Positions 32,201 to 43,986 of a stretch of DNA of 64,000 nt are shown here, in pieces. Below the pieces are notes generated by a model. The model saw nothing but the letters and a program-made list of their open reading frames with translations, had not been told where the DNA came from and did not search any database. Source of the stretch: an uncultured Alphaproteobacteria bacterium (lineage in GTDB: Bacteria; Pseudomonadota; Alphaproteobacteria; Sphingomonadales; Sphingomonadaceae); NCBI GenBank assembly GCA_963785965.1, contig CAWAXE010000007.1, forward strand, positions 3-64,002. Reading direction: 5' to 3'. Position 1 is the first letter of the stretch, and the number at the start of each line of letters is the position of its first letter. The position numbers were made by a program, and so were the translations under genes.

Positions 32201-32782
32201 CTCGTCGCCGAAGAAATCGAGCCTCAGCGCCAAGCTCCTCGCCCGCCGGAAACACATCGATCAGCGAGCCGCGCACCGCATATTCGCCATGCTCGGCAAC
32301 AGTGTCGGCGCGCTGATAGCCGAGCGCATTCAGCTGCTCGACGAGTACCTCGCGCTCGATCCGCTCCCCTGCGGCGATGCGGCGGGTGAGTTGCCGGACT
32401 CGGAACGGGGTAAGGACGCGCTGGGTCGCGCCGCCCGCTGTCGCGATCAGCAATTGCGGCTTGTCGCGCGTGCCCTGGAGCGCGTTCAGAGTCGCGAGCC
32501 GCTCGGCCATCACCGGAGTGCGGGCGAAGCGCGGTCGTAGGGCAGGCAGTCCCAGCCGGGGAACGTCAGCACTTCGACTTCGGGCGCGAACAACGGGACC
32601 GTCTCGGCGAGCGCGCGCATCGCCGCTTCGTCGGCGGCGATCACGACCGCGCGTCCGCCTTTGCCGGTTCCGTGCGCCGCACGCGCCAGATCGGCCGCGA
32701 GCCACGGCAGGAAGCCCGTGGGCACTCCGGCGAGCGTCAACGGCTCACGGGCGCGGAGCACACGCTGGAGAGGTTCGGTCAT
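29270..32782 (-). CDS. mfd: Transcription-repair coupling factor (frameshifted)
   Basis: [72 protein letters not shown]. Confidence 0.96.
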
Positions 32783-33075
32783 TTGGCGATCGTCACGTAA
32801 TCGAGTTTCTGTAGCGCTTCCGTGATCGGTCCGTGGAACCGCGTCGGCGGCTCGGCGGTTCCGTGCGCCCACGCCATGATGTCGACGTCCTGCTCGCGCA
32901 GCATCTCGTCGAACAGGGTGCAATCTTCGGTGCTCCACGACGCATGATGCGCGTCGAAGAACCCGCCGATCAGCAGATCGGCTTCCTTCGTGCCGCGATG
33001 ATGCGCGCGCCAGCCGAGGCGCTTCAGTTCCGGATCGGACGGCATGGCGGGCATGTAGTCGGGTTCGTGTGTCAT
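32779..33075 (-). CDS. sdhE: Succinate dehydrogenase flavinylation factor (SdhE/Sdh5); true start may be a few codons downstream
   Basis: KRLGWRAHHRGTKEADLLIG (RGxxE motif); conserved position between recG and mfd. Confidence 0.88.
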   Translation of the reverse strand: MTHEPDYMPAMPSDPELKRLGWRAHHRGTKEADLLIGGFFDAHHASWSTEDCTLFDEMLREQDVDIMAWAHGTAEPPTRFHGPITEALQKLDYVTIAK

Positions 33076-33108
33076 TGCGAGCCACGAGACTCACGCTAAC
33101 AACCAGGC

Positions 33109-35174
33109 ATGCGCCCCGAAATCCTCAACCCTATGTTCGCCGAGGTCGAGGTGCTGAAGGGCGTCGGTCCGCAGGTCTCGAAATTCCTCAAGAAGCTCGA
33201 TCTCACCCGCGTGGTCGACGTTGCTCTATCATCTGCCGACCGGCGCGATCGAGCGGGTGCACGCGCCAGCGGCGAGCGCCGCCCTGCTCGGCCGCAACGT
33301 GATCATCGAGGTGACGCCGTTCGAAACGCGCGAATCGCGTTCGGGGCGCGGACCGATGCGCGTGTTCAGCGCCGATGCGGACGGCAACACGATCAGCCTC
33401 ATCTATTTCAACAATCCAGGGTGGGCGAAGCGGCAGTTGCCGAAGGGCGAAAAACGCATCGTTTCCGGCAAGCTCGAGCAATATGGCGACGAATGGCAGA
33501 TCATCCATCCGGAGGTTGCCGAACCCGGGAAGGAGGCTGCGCCGGCGATCAGGGAGCCGGTCTATCCGTTGACCGAAGGGCTCACCAATCGCCGCATGGG
33601 AGAGCTTGCGCGCGAGGCGATGGAACGCGCCCCCGAGCTTCCCGAATGGATCGAGCCGAGCCTGGCGGCGCGCGAATGCTGGCGCGCGTGGCGCGCGGCG
33701 CTGGCCGAAGCGCATCGCGAGCCCGGCGCCGACGATGCCCGCCGGCGGCTCGCGTATGACGAGATTTTCGCCAACCAGCTCGCGCTTCTGCTGCTGCGCC
33801 AGTCGCAGCGGCGGCGCAGGACGATTCCGCTCGCGGGCACGGGCGAACTGACGGACAAGCTGCGGCTGCCGTACCAGCTGACCGGTGCGCAGCGGCGCGT
33901 GAGCGAGGAGATCCGCGGCGACCTGGCGCAGTCCACGCCGATGTTGCGGCTGCTGCAGGGCGATGTCGGTTCGGGCAAGACGCTCGTCGCGCTGCTGGCG
34001 ATGCTCGCCGCAGTGGAATTGGGCGCCCAGGCGGCGATGCTGGCCCCGACCGAAATCCTCGCGCGCCAGCACCATGCGACTTTGCTCGGCCAACTCGACA
34101 GCATCGGCGTGCGCGTCGCGATCCTCACCGGCCGCGAGAAGGGCAGGGCGCGAGACAGCGTCCTGATGGGTCTCGCCGACGGCTCGATCGACATCCTCGT
34201 CGGCACGCATGCGATCTTCCAGGAGAAGGTCGCGTACAAGAATCTCGGCCTCGCGGTGATCGACGAGCAGCACCGCTTCGGCGTGTCGCAGCGGCTGCTG
34301 CTCGTCGTCCAAGGCCGAGCGTCCGCCGCACCTGCTGGTGATGACCGCGACGCCGATCCCGCGCACGCTGACGCTCACCCAATATGGCGAGATGGACGTC
34401 AGCCGCATCGACGAGATGCCGCCGGGGCGAACGCCGGTCGAGACGCGGGTGATCAGCGAGGAGCGCTTGCCCGAGGTGATCGACGGCGCTCGGCCGGCAC
34501 ATCGCCGGAGGCGGGCAGGCCTATTGGGTCTGCCCGTTGGTCGAGGAGAGCGAAAAGAGCGACGCCGCCGCGGCCGAGGAGCGGTCGCGGGTGCTCAAGC
34601 TGCGCTTCGGCGAGGACAAGGTCGGGCTCGTCCACGGCCGGATGAAAGGGCCGGACAAGGACGCGGTGATGGCGCGCTTCGCTTCCGGCGAGCTCGCCGT
34701 GCTCGTCGCGACGACCGTGATCGAGGTCGGCGTCGACGTGCCCAACGCCACGCTGATGATCGTCGAAGGGGCGGAGCGCTTCGGCCTCGCCCAACTCCAC
34801 CAGCTCCGCGGTCGGGTGGGGCGGGGTTCGGGCAAAAGCGTCTGCCTGCTGATCCGCGGCAACACGCTCAGCGAAACCTCGCGCGCGCGCCTCGCCCTGA
34901 TGCGCGAGACCAATGATGGCTTCCGCATCGCCGAGGAGGATCTGCGCCTGCGCGGCCCGGGCGAAATCCTCGGCACGCAAGCAGTCCGGCGAAGTCGCGT
35001 TCCGCGTCGCCACGCCCGAGCTGGTCGCGGAGCTCGCACCAATCGCGCAGAGCGACGCCTTGCTCCTGCTCGATCGCGACGGCGGCCTTGCTGGCCCGCG
35101 TGGGCAGGCGGCGCGGATTTGCCTGTATTTGTTCGAGCGCGACCAGGCGGTGGGATCTGATCAGAAGCGGCTAG
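33109..35174 (+). CDS. recG: ATP-dependent DNA helicase RecG (frameshifted)
   Basis: [52 protein letters not shown]. Confidence 0.96.
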
Positions 35175-36400
35175 CTGATCGAGCAGCCGTGCTTCTTCTT
35201 GCCGAGACTGATCTTCACCGGATTGTTAGGCACTTGAATGATTGAGTGAGGGATCACTGATTACCTGATCGTCGATCCTGAACCGCGCCTTCGGCGATCT
35301 TGCGCTTGGCTTCGCCATTGGAGGCGCAGAAGCCGAGCCCGGTGAGCGCTTCGAGGATGGAAATTGCTGCGCCTGTGTCGCAGGCTCGGCAGATTCTTCC
35401 CGCGCGCCGCCCTCACCGAACGTCGTCCGCGCCGTCTCCGCCGCCGCTTCGGCGGCCGCGCGGCCGTGGAGCATCGCCGTCGCCTCGGTCGCGAGAATGA
35501 TCTTCGCTTGGTTGATCTCCGCGCCGGGCAGGCGCTCCAGCCGTGCGATCTCGTCGAGCGGCAGATCGGTGAACAGCTTCAGGAACCGCCCGACGTCTGC
35601 ATCGGCCGCGTTGCGCCAGAACTGCCAGTAGTCGTAGGGGCTGAGCAGCTCGTCGCTCAGCCACACCGCGCCCTGCGCGGTCTTGCCCATCTTCGCGCCG
35701 TCGGCGGTGGTGATCAGCGGCGTGGTGACGCCGTACAGCTCGGTCCCGTCGATCCGCCGCGCGAGCTCGATGCCGTTGACGATATTGCCCCACTGGTCGG
35801 AGCCGCCGAACTGCGCGCGGCATCCGGCGCGGCGCGACAGCTCCAGGAAGTCGTAGGCCTGGAGGATCATGTAGTTGAACTCGAGGAAGGTCATCGGCTG
35901 CTCGCGGTCGAGCCGCAGCTTCACGCTGTCGAACGTCAGCATCCGGTTGATCGTGAAATGGCGTCCCGACCTCGCGCAGGAAGGGGATGTATTCGAGGCC
36001 GCTCAGCCACTCGTCATTGTTGACCATGATCGGCGTCGGAAGGACCGTCGCCGAAGGTGAGGAAATTCTCGAAGTTCCGGCGGATCGAGGCGATGTTGGC
36101 CGCGATCGTCTCTTCGCTCAGCAGCTTGCGGCCCTCGTCCTTGCCGCTCGGATCGCCGACCTTGGTCGTACCGCCGCCCATCAGCACGATTGGCCGGTGG
36201 CCAGCCTGCTGCAGACGCCTGAGCAACATGATCGAGACGAGATTGCCCACGTGGAGGCTCGGGGCGGTCGCGTCGAAGCCAATGTAGGCGGTGACGATCT
36301 CTTTCTCCGCCAGGGCGTCCAGCGCCGCGGCGTCAGTTACCTGGTGGATGTACCCGCGCTCATCGAGGAGCTTGAGAAGTGAGGAGCCGTATTTGGTCAT
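35171..36400 (-). CDS. tyrS: Tyrosine-tRNA ligase (frameshifted)
   Basis: [47 protein letters not shown]; S4-like tail ending [10 protein letters not shown]. Confidence 0.96.
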
Positions 36401-36445
36401 CGCTGCGCGGTTAGCATTGCGACCGCGAAAGCAACAACTTTGCTC

Positions 36446-37622
36446 TCAATTGCTAGCGGCGTTCAGCTGCCGCAGCTTTTGCAACATGACCTTCAGCGGG
36501 ACACTGGGCGGGTAAGGCGGCCTGCGCGAGATATCCTGCCCGATCTCCCACAGGACGGGCACCATGTTCCGCGACATCGCGGCATCGGCGACCCCCAGCA
36601 TCCACCGGGCGCGTGACAATGGATCCTTCCCGTAAGCGGGCGCGAATTCGCCGACGAAGACGGGGATGTCGTTCTTCTTTGAGAAGGCCTCCATGGAGTC
36701 GAAAAGGCGATTCAACTCGTCGATGTCGGCCGAGGTGCCCCAGGTCGGCCGCATCTTCCCCCAGCTTTCGTCGTGGGTCATTCCGGCGAAAGGCCACGGC
36801 GTGTAATAATGCACGGAGATCAACATCTTGTGGGGCACTTCATCCTTGGGAAGGACGTATTTCGAGCTGGACGTCTTTTCGAAATCGGTGCCATATCCGG
36901 CGACGATCAGCAGGCGCTTCGCGTTGTTGCCGCCGCTCCTGCGCACGGTGTCCACGAAAAGCTGGTTGACGTGCGCGAGTATCGCATAAGCCTTCGCTTC
37001 TGACCCCACCTTCTCGAAATTGGACTCTTCGTTCAGCGATTCGAAGACCAGATGCTGGTCGCGGTCCGCGAAGTAGTTCGCGATTTGGCTCCAGTAGCTC
37101 TGGAACTTGCGCTCAGCCTCGGGGCTGAACGTATGATAGGTCTTGGCGAAGCGTTTCTGGTCGTCGGAATCGATCCAGCCGCCATCCCAATGGATATTGA
37201 TGACGCAGAACATTCCCTGCGAAGTGATCCAGTCGGCGACTTCCCCAACGCGCCTTAATTTGTCGCGATCGATGCGGCCGTCGTGCGCGTAGGTGTCCCA
37301 GGCAACTGGAACGCGAACAGTGTTGAAACCAAGCGCCTTCAGGCTTTCGATATATTCTCTAGTGATGGGCGGGTTGCCCCAGCCGGTCTCCCACGTCGCC
37401 GTGTTCTCGAGTGTGTTGCCGATGTTAATGCCGATGCCCATGGCGTTGGCGGCGCTCCAAGCGTCGAGATCGCCAACTTTCGAGGGGCGCGCTGGTTTGC
37501 GCAGCCGAAGAACCCGAACTGACAGTTGCGGCGAAGATTACGAAGATCGCCGCCATAAAGCACTGCAAATAGCCCAAGGCACACTGCTTGCGTACGCGCG
37601 AAACTGCGGAGCGGTGATTCAT
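36446..37622 (-). CDS. Secreted glycoside hydrolase family 5 (endoglucanase-like); frameshift near 37480 separates the signal peptide
   Basis: GINIGNTLE, WGNP, GFNTVRVPVAW, INIHWD, FESLNEE, VHYY, VFVGEF, VLWE. Confidence 0.88.
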
Positions 37623-37754
37623 GGGGCGCGACGCTTAGCAGCTCATTACGGGCATGAAAGTGCTGGCGAACGTGAGAGTTTCACTTCGGTTGAGCTTCCA
37701 GTCCGCATCTTGCCGGCTTCCCGTCGATGCAGGGAATCGCGGATAGCGGGGACG

Positions 37755-38291
37755 ATGCAATTGAACCTCGTGCCGCACTCCACGACTTCGCCCTCCGACC
37801 CTCGGCTCAAGGTCTGGGCGACCGTCGATTATGCGGGATCGCTCGGAGCCGTTGCGACGGCCAACATATGGTTCGGCGTCGGCGCGCCTGCCGACCGGTT
37901 CGTCATTCCCGAAGCCGAGCCGGGGCGCGCGGATGACCTGTGGCGGACGACCTGCTTCGAGGCGTTCCTCCGTCCTGCCGAAGAAGACGCGTATCGCGAA
38001 TGGAATTTTGCGCCGTCGGGGCAGTGGGCGGCGTACGAGTTCTCCGGTTACCGCGAGAACCGGACCGACGCCGAGATCGCGAAGCCGCCGTACATTCGCA
38101 TGGAGGACAATTTCACCTGGTGGGCGCTCGGTGCGACGATCGGGGTGGACGCCGCGACGCAGTGGCAGCTCGGGCTTTCCGCCGTCCTCGAGGAAAGAGA
38201 CGGCACCAAGTCCTATTGGGCGCTCGCGCATCCCGCCGATGAAAAGCCCGATTTCCATGCGCCCGTTTGCTTCGCCGCGCGCCTTCCGTAA
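37755..38291 (+). CDS. DOMON-like domain protein
   Basis: RADDLWRTTCFEAFL, YREWNFAPSGQWAAYEF, SYWALAHP..KPDFH; commonly next to tyrS and DUF1343. Confidence 0.8.
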   Translation: MQLNLVPHSTTSPSDPRLKVWATVDYAGSLGAVATANIWFGVGAPADRFVIPEAEPGRADDLWRTTCFEAFLRPAEEDAYREWNFAPSGQWAAYEFSGYRENRTDAEIAKPPYIRMEDNFTWWALGATIGVDAATQWQLGLSAVLEERDGTKSYWALAHPADEKPDFHAPVCFAARLP

Positions 38292-38300
38292 GGCGCAGAC

Positions 38301-39500
38301 ATGACCCTGTTCGGAATCGACTGGCTGCTCGCCGAGCCTGAGTTGCGTAAACCGCTCGAAGGCCGCCGCGTCGCGCTCCTCGCTCACCCAGCGTCAGTGA
38401 CCCGTGACCTCACCCACAGCCTCGACGCACTGGTCGCTTGCGGATTGAAGGTCACGGCAGCGTTCGGTCCGCAGCATGGGCTTCGTGGCGACAAGCAGGA
38501 CAATATGGTCGAGTCCGAGGACTTCACCGACCCGGTGCATGGCATCCCCGTGTTCAGCCTCTATGGCGAGGTTCGCCGCCCGACGGGGCAGTCGCTCGGC
38601 ACCTTCGATACGATCCTGATCGATCTTCAGGACCTCGGCTGCCGGATCTACACCTTCATCACCACGCTTCTCTACGTGCTCGAAGCCGCGGCCGAGCACG
38701 GCAAGAGCGTGTGGGTGCTCGACCGGCCCAATCCGGCGGGGCGCGCAGTGGAGGGGCTGACGCTTCGCCCCGGTTGGGAAAGCTTCGTCGGCGCCGGTCC
38801 GATCCCGATGCGCCACGGCTTGACGCTCGGCGAGCTTGGCCGCTGGTTCGTCGATCATTTCAACCTCGACGTCGATTATCGCGTGGTCGAGATGGAAGGC
38901 TGGCGTCCGGACGAGGGCCCAGGCTTCGGCTGGCCGTCCGATCGCATCTGGATCAATCCGAGCCCCAATGCCGCGAACCTCAATATGGCGCGCGATTATG
39001 CCGGGACGGTGATGCTCGAAGGCACGACCTTGAGCGAGGGCAGGGGCACCACCCGCCCGCTCGAGCTGTTCGGCGCGCCGGACCTAGAGCCAGCACGATT
39101 GGTCGCTGAAATGCGGTCGCTCACTCCCGACTGGCTGACCGGCTGCAAGCTGCGCGAAGTCACTTTCCAGCCCACGTTCCACAAGCATGTCGGCGAGATG
39201 TGCCGCGGGGTTTTCATCCACGCCGAAGGGCCGTTCTACGACCATCAGGCATTTAAACCATGGCGCCTCCAAGCTCTCGCCTTCAAGGCAATCCGCCGCC
39301 TTTATCCCGACTATGACCTGTGGCGCGACTTCCCCTACGAATATGAGTTCGGCAAGCTCGCGATCGACGTAATCAACGGCTCGCCGCTCCTCCGCGAATG
39401 GGCCGACGACGCAGACGCCATGGCGGGCGACCTCGACGGGCTCACCTTGCCTGACGAGCGCGACTGGGAAGAACAGCGCAAGCCGTATCTGCTCTACTGA
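38301..39500 (+). CDS. namZ: DUF1343 / NamZ-family exo-beta-N-acetylmuramidase
   Basis: FGPQHG, SLYG, DLQDLGCRIYTF, LDRPNP, RHGLTLGE, NPSPN, SEGRGTTRPLE. Confidence 0.85.
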   Translation: MTLFGIDWLLAEPELRKPLEGRRVALLAHPASVTRDLTHSLDALVACGLKVTAAFGPQHGLRGDKQDNMVESEDFTDPVHGIPVFSLYGEVRRPTGQSLGTFDTILIDLQDLGCRIYTFITTLLYVLEAAAEHGKSVWVLDRPNPAGRAVEGLTLRPGWESFVGAGPIPMRHGLTLGELGRWFVDHFNLDVDYRVVEMEGWRPDEGPGFGWPSDRIWINPSPNAANLNMARDYAGTVMLEGTTLSEGRGTTRPLELFGAPDLEPARLVAEMRSLTPDWLTGCKLREVTFQPTFHKHVGEMCRGVFIHAEGPFYDHQAFKPWRLQALAFKAIRRLYPDYDLWRDFPYEYEFGKLAIDVINGSPLLREWADDADAMAGDLDGLTLPDERDWEEQRKPYLLY

Positions 39501-39584
39501 CCCGCGCAGCCACGGGGCGTGGTTAACGAAGAAGTAGGAGGTTCTCCGTATTCCGATCCTGAATTGTTCGGGAGCGGGGCTTCG

Positions 39585-40982
39585 ATGGCCACTCAGGGGA
39601 TTGAAGAAGTCACGGAAAATGCGATCCGCGCAGTTGCGCGCGATTGCGGTTCGCTGTCGATGGAGTGCAGCGACGTCGCCGGTTATGTCCAGGGCGTCGC
39701 CGAGCGCATTGGCGAGCATTTGAAGATGCTCGACCAGCTCGAGGAAGTCACCACCCGGCTGATGGGCGACCAATCGCGAGTGAGCGACTCGACCGATGAG
39801 GCGCGGCTGCTTTCGGAACAGGCCAAGGCCAAGCTCGAAGCCGGCCGCGAAGCCATCGACGGAACGATCGAGGGCTTCAAGGGCCTGACCGATCTGGTCG
39901 TCCAGTTGGGCGAGCGCATGGCCGGCTTCGCAGCAGCCATAAACCAGGTGCAGACGGTTTCCTCGACCATCGAAGCCATAGCCCGCAAGACCAACATGCT
40001 CGCCTTGAACGCCACGATTGAGGCGGCGCGCGCCGGCGATGCCGGACGCAGCTTTGCCGTTGTCGCCGCCGAGGTGAAGAAGCTCGCCCACGATACCCGC
40101 GCCGCCACAAGCCAGATCGCCTCGACGATCGGCGAGCTGACGCGCGAAGCGGGCGCGGTTACCTCCGAGATCAAGAGCGGCGTGGAACGCAGCCGCGCCG
40201 CCCAATCGGGCTTTGGAACGATCAGCGACACGGTCCGCGAAGTGAGCGAGATCGTCGGAATGGTCGACCGCCAGACCGAAGGCATCGCCCATTCAACCAG
40301 CATGATCCAGACCAGCGTCGATCGGGTCAAAGCGGGCCTCACCGATTTCGCCGGGGACGCGCGCGCCAACGGCACCGAGCTGCTCACCGCTCAAAAGCGT
40401 TTGGAGCACCTCGAAATGCTGACCAACACGATGCTCGACACGCTCGCCAATTCGGGCGCGGAGATCGATGACACGCCCTTGATCCTGATTGCGCAGGAAG
40501 CCGGCCGGCAAATCCAGGCGGCGGTGGAGCAGGCAATCGACAAGGGGGAGATCAGCGTCGATGACGTCTTCGACCGCGACTACAGGATCATAGAGGGGTC
40601 GAACCCGGTGCAGTACGACGTCCGCTTCAACGAGGCGGCGGACCGGCTCGTCCGGCCGATCCTTGACCGCACAAAGGCTTCCGACAACCGAGTCATCGGT
40701 TCGGCCATGGGTGACACGAATGGCTATCTGCCGACCCACCTGACCGAGCGCAGCCACCCGCAAGGCCCCGACCCCGTGTGGAATGACGAGCATTGCCGCA
40801 ACAAGCGTATCCTGATCGACGACACGACGCGCATGGCGCTGGCGAGCGAAAAGCCGGCGACGCTGGCGACCTATCGAATGGAGCTCGGCGACAAGTTCAT
40901 CCCGGTGAAAAACGTCTTCGTTCCGCTGTGGATCAAGGGCCGCCGCTGGGGCAATTTCGAGCTGGCCTACCGAGACGATTGA
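39585..40982 (+). CDS. Cytoplasmic methyl-accepting chemotaxis protein with a C-terminal sensor domain
   Basis: [37 protein letters not shown]; no TM helix; C-terminal DTNGYLPTH...RNKRI...GRRWG. Confidence 0.9.
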   Translation: MATQGIEEVTENAIRAVARDCGSLSMECSDVAGYVQGVAERIGEHLKMLDQLEEVTTRLMGDQSRVSDSTDEARLLSEQAKAKLEAGREAIDGTIEGFKGLTDLVVQLGERMAGFAAAINQVQTVSSTIEAIARKTNMLALNATIEAARAGDAGRSFAVVAAEVKKLAHDTRAATSQIASTIGELTREAGAVTSEIKSGVERSRAAQSGFGTISDTVREVSEIVGMVDRQTEGIAHSTSMIQTSVDRVKAGLTDFAGDARANGTELLTAQKRLEHLEMLTNTMLDTLANSGAEIDDTPLILIAQEAGRQIQAAVEQAIDKGEISVDDVFDRDYRIIEGSNPVQYDVRFNEAADRLVRPILDRTKASDNRVIGSAMGDTNGYLPTHLTERSHPQGPDPVWNDEHCRNKRILIDDTTRMALASEKPATLATYRMELGDKFIPVKNVFVPLWIKGRRWGNFELAYRDD

Positions 40983-41125
40983 GGCGCTCCTCGTCCCGGC
41001 TTGGGACGAAGATTAAACTCCGTCTCCGAAACATTACCGACCGATAAACCTGGTCTTTACTGCCTTGCGTTAGGACCGCCTGGATACGGCTTCGCCTTCA
41101 CGCGAATTCGAACGAGAGGTAGGGA

Positions 41126-41834
41126 ATGGCGAATAACCGGTCGGTCGAGCGGGGGTCCCACCAAAGTAGTGCTTTGGCAGGGGCCCGAAAGCCGGTCAGC
41201 GTTGCCGAAGCGCAGCTTGCCCGTGTCGCGGGCGAGGGGTGCGCCCGCCATCCGCACTTGAATGCCCTTCTCGAAGCTTCCGGTCCGCATGCGGCGCGCG
41301 ATCTCGCCGACGCTGTGCACCTCTTGTGCAGCCTTCACGGCCGCTATCCCGGCCTCATCGAAATCGCACTCCAGCGCTCCGCGAAAGGTGAAGCCGGCTC
41401 GTGGCTGGACCGCGCCAGCGAGGCGTTCGAGCGCGAGCGGCTCTACCTCGTCCGGCTGACATCAGCGGTCGGCCCGCTGCCGAGCACGGCCGGCGCAGTC
41501 GAAACGGAAACCAGTCTCGCTGCCGCCCGGCATGCGCTCGCGACGCTCGCGACCTCCGAGCGCACGGGCTGCGCGCTCGGGGCCGCGACCGCTCTGGTGG
41601 GGGACTGGTGGCCGATCCGCCGCCTGCTCGATCGCGCCGCTGCGCGGGGCGGGCTCGAATGTCCGGCGCCTTCGCTGCCCGACGAAGCCTCAATCATCGA
41701 AGTGATCAGCTTCGCGTCGGACACTCCGGCGAGCGAGCGCGCCTTGGCGTTCGGCGGCGAGCAATTGCTCCTTCAGCACCGCGCGCTGTTCGATCTGCTC
41801 GAAGCGCGCGCGGAAGCCAGAGGCGACTATCTAA
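41126..41834 (+). CDS. Conserved sphingomonad hypothetical protein (DUF6975-like)
   Basis: DLADAVHLLCSLHGRYPGLI, GPLPST, SERTGCALGAA, QHRALFDLLEAR; likely true stop near 41834, with an indel causing read-through to 42118. Confidence 0.65.
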
Positions 41835-42121
41835 GCCGCTTTCGCCAGTTCGTTCTGCTCGTTCGCCGCGGCTGCGGGTTGCGCAACCTTGGCTTCGGCA
41901 GCGGCCTTCCGGTCGGGGAACAGCAAGCGCGAGGCGAGCACGATTGCGCCAAGGGTGAAATAGGCGCCGAACGCCCAGGTCGCATTAACGATCACCATCG
42001 CCGCGAGCGGAATCCGGAGGAAAATCGGATTGAAGCCGAAATCCTCGCCGATGCCTTCGCATACGCCAAGGATCGTGTGGGTGCGGAGGGGCAGTGCGAC
42101 CTGGTTTTCTTGCGCTGACAT
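41831..42121 (-). CDS. PspC-domain membrane protein
   Basis: HTILGVCEGIGEDFGFNPIFLRI plus hydrophobic helices; GGAG RBS. Confidence 0.85.
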   Translation of the reverse strand: MSAQENQVALPLRTHTILGVCEGIGEDFGFNPIFLRIPLAAMVIVNATWAFGAYFTLGAIVLASRLLFPDRKAAAEAKVAQPAAAANEQNELAKAA

Positions 42122-42159
42122 TTCTCTCGAACTCCTTGGCAATGCTATGCTCCCCTCCA

Positions 42160-42175
42160 AGCATGAGCCGTGCCA
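42160..42175 (-). promoter_or_regulatory. Sigma-54 promoter of the PspC-domain gene
   Basis: Minus strand TGGCACGGCTCATGCT gives GG-N10-GC about 40 nt upstream of the ATG. Confidence 0.7.
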
Positions 42176-42388
42176 AACTCAAAAAGACTGCAATTCCAAC
42201 GCGTTACGAGCGGGCGACAGCGGCGAGTTGGGAAGCGCCACCACGTTCGCGACCCGACAGTTGGGAATTCCCACCGCATGCTGCAAGCGCGATATTGCAG
42301 CGCAACATTGATAATCGACGAACCGATGCAAATTTAGTACTGGGCGCCGCCTGAAGGTGCAGGAGCGTCCAAGGAGCTCAGACCCGTG

Positions 42389-42805
42389 ATGCGGATCATG
42401 ATGAAGTCGAAGATCCACCGCGCGACGGTGACCCAGGCCGACCTGGATTATGTCGGCTCGGTCACCATCGACGCCGACCTGCTCGAAGCCGCGGATCTGC
42501 TCGAAGGCGAGCAGGTGGCGATCGTCGACGTCACCAACGGCGCGCGGATCGAAACCTATGTCATCCCCGCCGAGCGCGGCAGCGGGGTGATCGGAATCAA
42601 CGGCGCAGCCGCGCACCTCGTCCACCCCGGCGACCTCGTCATACTCATGAGCTACGCGGTGCTGAGCGACGACGAGGCGCGGGCGCTGAAGCCGCGCGTG
42701 GTCCACGTCGACGAGCACAACCGCGTCGTGAAGCTCGGCAACGACCCCGCCGAGCCGGTGCCCGGATCGACCCAGAAGCGCGGCGACTTCATCGCCGCGG
42801 AGTAG
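42389..42805 (+). CDS. panD: Aspartate 1-decarboxylase
   Basis: [18 protein letters not shown] cleavage site, [15 protein letters not shown]. Confidence 0.96.
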   Translation: MRIMMKSKIHRATVTQADLDYVGSVTIDADLLEAADLLEGEQVAIVDVTNGARIETYVIPAERGSGVIGINGAAAHLVHPGDLVILMSYAVLSDDEARALKPRVVHVDEHNRVVKLGNDPAEPVPGSTQKRGDFIAAE

Positions 42806-43975
42806 CGCCGGTCATCAGCCGCCACGGCGGCGGGTATGTAGTCGGTCGACATATAATAGAAGAAGTTGCACCCGCCCGAGGGTGAGCGGTTGATGCCCTT
42901 GGCGATGCCGAACGCCACTTCGCCGCTGAACACCGGGCCGCCGCTGTCGCCGGGGATGCACAGTGCGCCTTTCACGGTCACCCAGGTCGGCTCGCACGGG
43001 CCGCCGCAGAGCGATCCCGGCGGCGCATAATCGGTGAGATCGACCTCGGCGCAGCTGTAGCCCGAGCTTTCGCCATAATGGCAGACGAAGTCGCCGGCGC
43101 GCGTGCTCTCGCGATTGCGCCAGGTCAGCAGCCGGCGAAGCGAGCCCGCGCCGCGGTTGGCATAGAACAAGGGCTCAGCCGCGTTCGGGGGTGAGGTTGA
43201 TCTGCACGTCCTGGTAGGCGAGGCCCCACTGGCCGGCGAAGGCGAGAGGGACGTCGCTTCCGTCCTGGTCGCGGTAGACGAGCTCGTCGGGGCAATGCGC
43301 CGCGGTCGCGACGCCGGTGCGGGAGCCGTCGGTCACGATGAATCCGCTGGTGCAGCGTTCGCGATGCCCGCCCGCATCCCCTGAGACATAGCCGCCGCCG
43401 GCGACGCCCATATTCTGCTCGAGAAGGTCGTTGATCACCACGCGCACCGGAACGCCGCTCAGCTGCTCGGCGCGGGCCCGGATCGCGTCCAGTCCGTATT
43501 TCTGCGCGTCCGCGTTGCGCACCAGCAGCACGACTTCGCCGGTGCGCTGGTCGTAACCGACGCCGCGCTCGCCGGGCAGCTCGGAGCGGAGGTCGATCAG
43601 GTGCGCGCGCATGGCCGCGATCGCTTGCTCGCGCGTGGCTTTGGCGCCGGTTTTGAAGACGATCGGCACGCCGGGCATACGAGCTGGTCGATCACCGGCT
43701 CGGATTGCCGGTGAGAAGAACGACGATCCGATATTCGGGGCTGATGCTCGATCGAGATTCCGGCAAGCCGCGATGCGAATTCGCTGCGGATCGGGTCGGT
43801 CGCGGCGACGCTCGCCTGCTGGGCGCGAAGCCGCCGCAACGCCTCGTCGGGCGTGACTCCGAACCGCGCGGCATATTGCACTGCGTCCTCGGTCAGCGCT
43901 TCGGTCTGAGTCTCCACCGTTGCGCCGCGGGCTGTGCGCGGGCAGCTCCCATGATAAGGATGAGCCCAGCCGCAA
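42789..43975 (-). CDS. Secreted S1-family (alpha-lytic-like) serine protease with pro-region (frameshifted; ends approximate)
   Basis: [39 protein letters not shown] give the catalytic triad motifs. Confidence 0.82.
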
Positions 43976-43986
43976 AGGACGATAAG

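Noticed and set aside
37293-37754. N-terminal extension of the DOMON-like ORF
   Set aside because: Overlaps the GH5 gene on the opposite strand; the ATG at 37755 with an RBS fits better.
41835-42118. 330-aa version of the DUF6975-like ORF
   Set aside because: The extension is antisense to the PspC-domain gene and probably results from an indel just before the TAA at 41832.
42345-42385. Glycine riboswitch before panD (gaagg...ctcag)
   Set aside because: Too short and lacks the GGAGA P1 arm and the rest of the aptamer.
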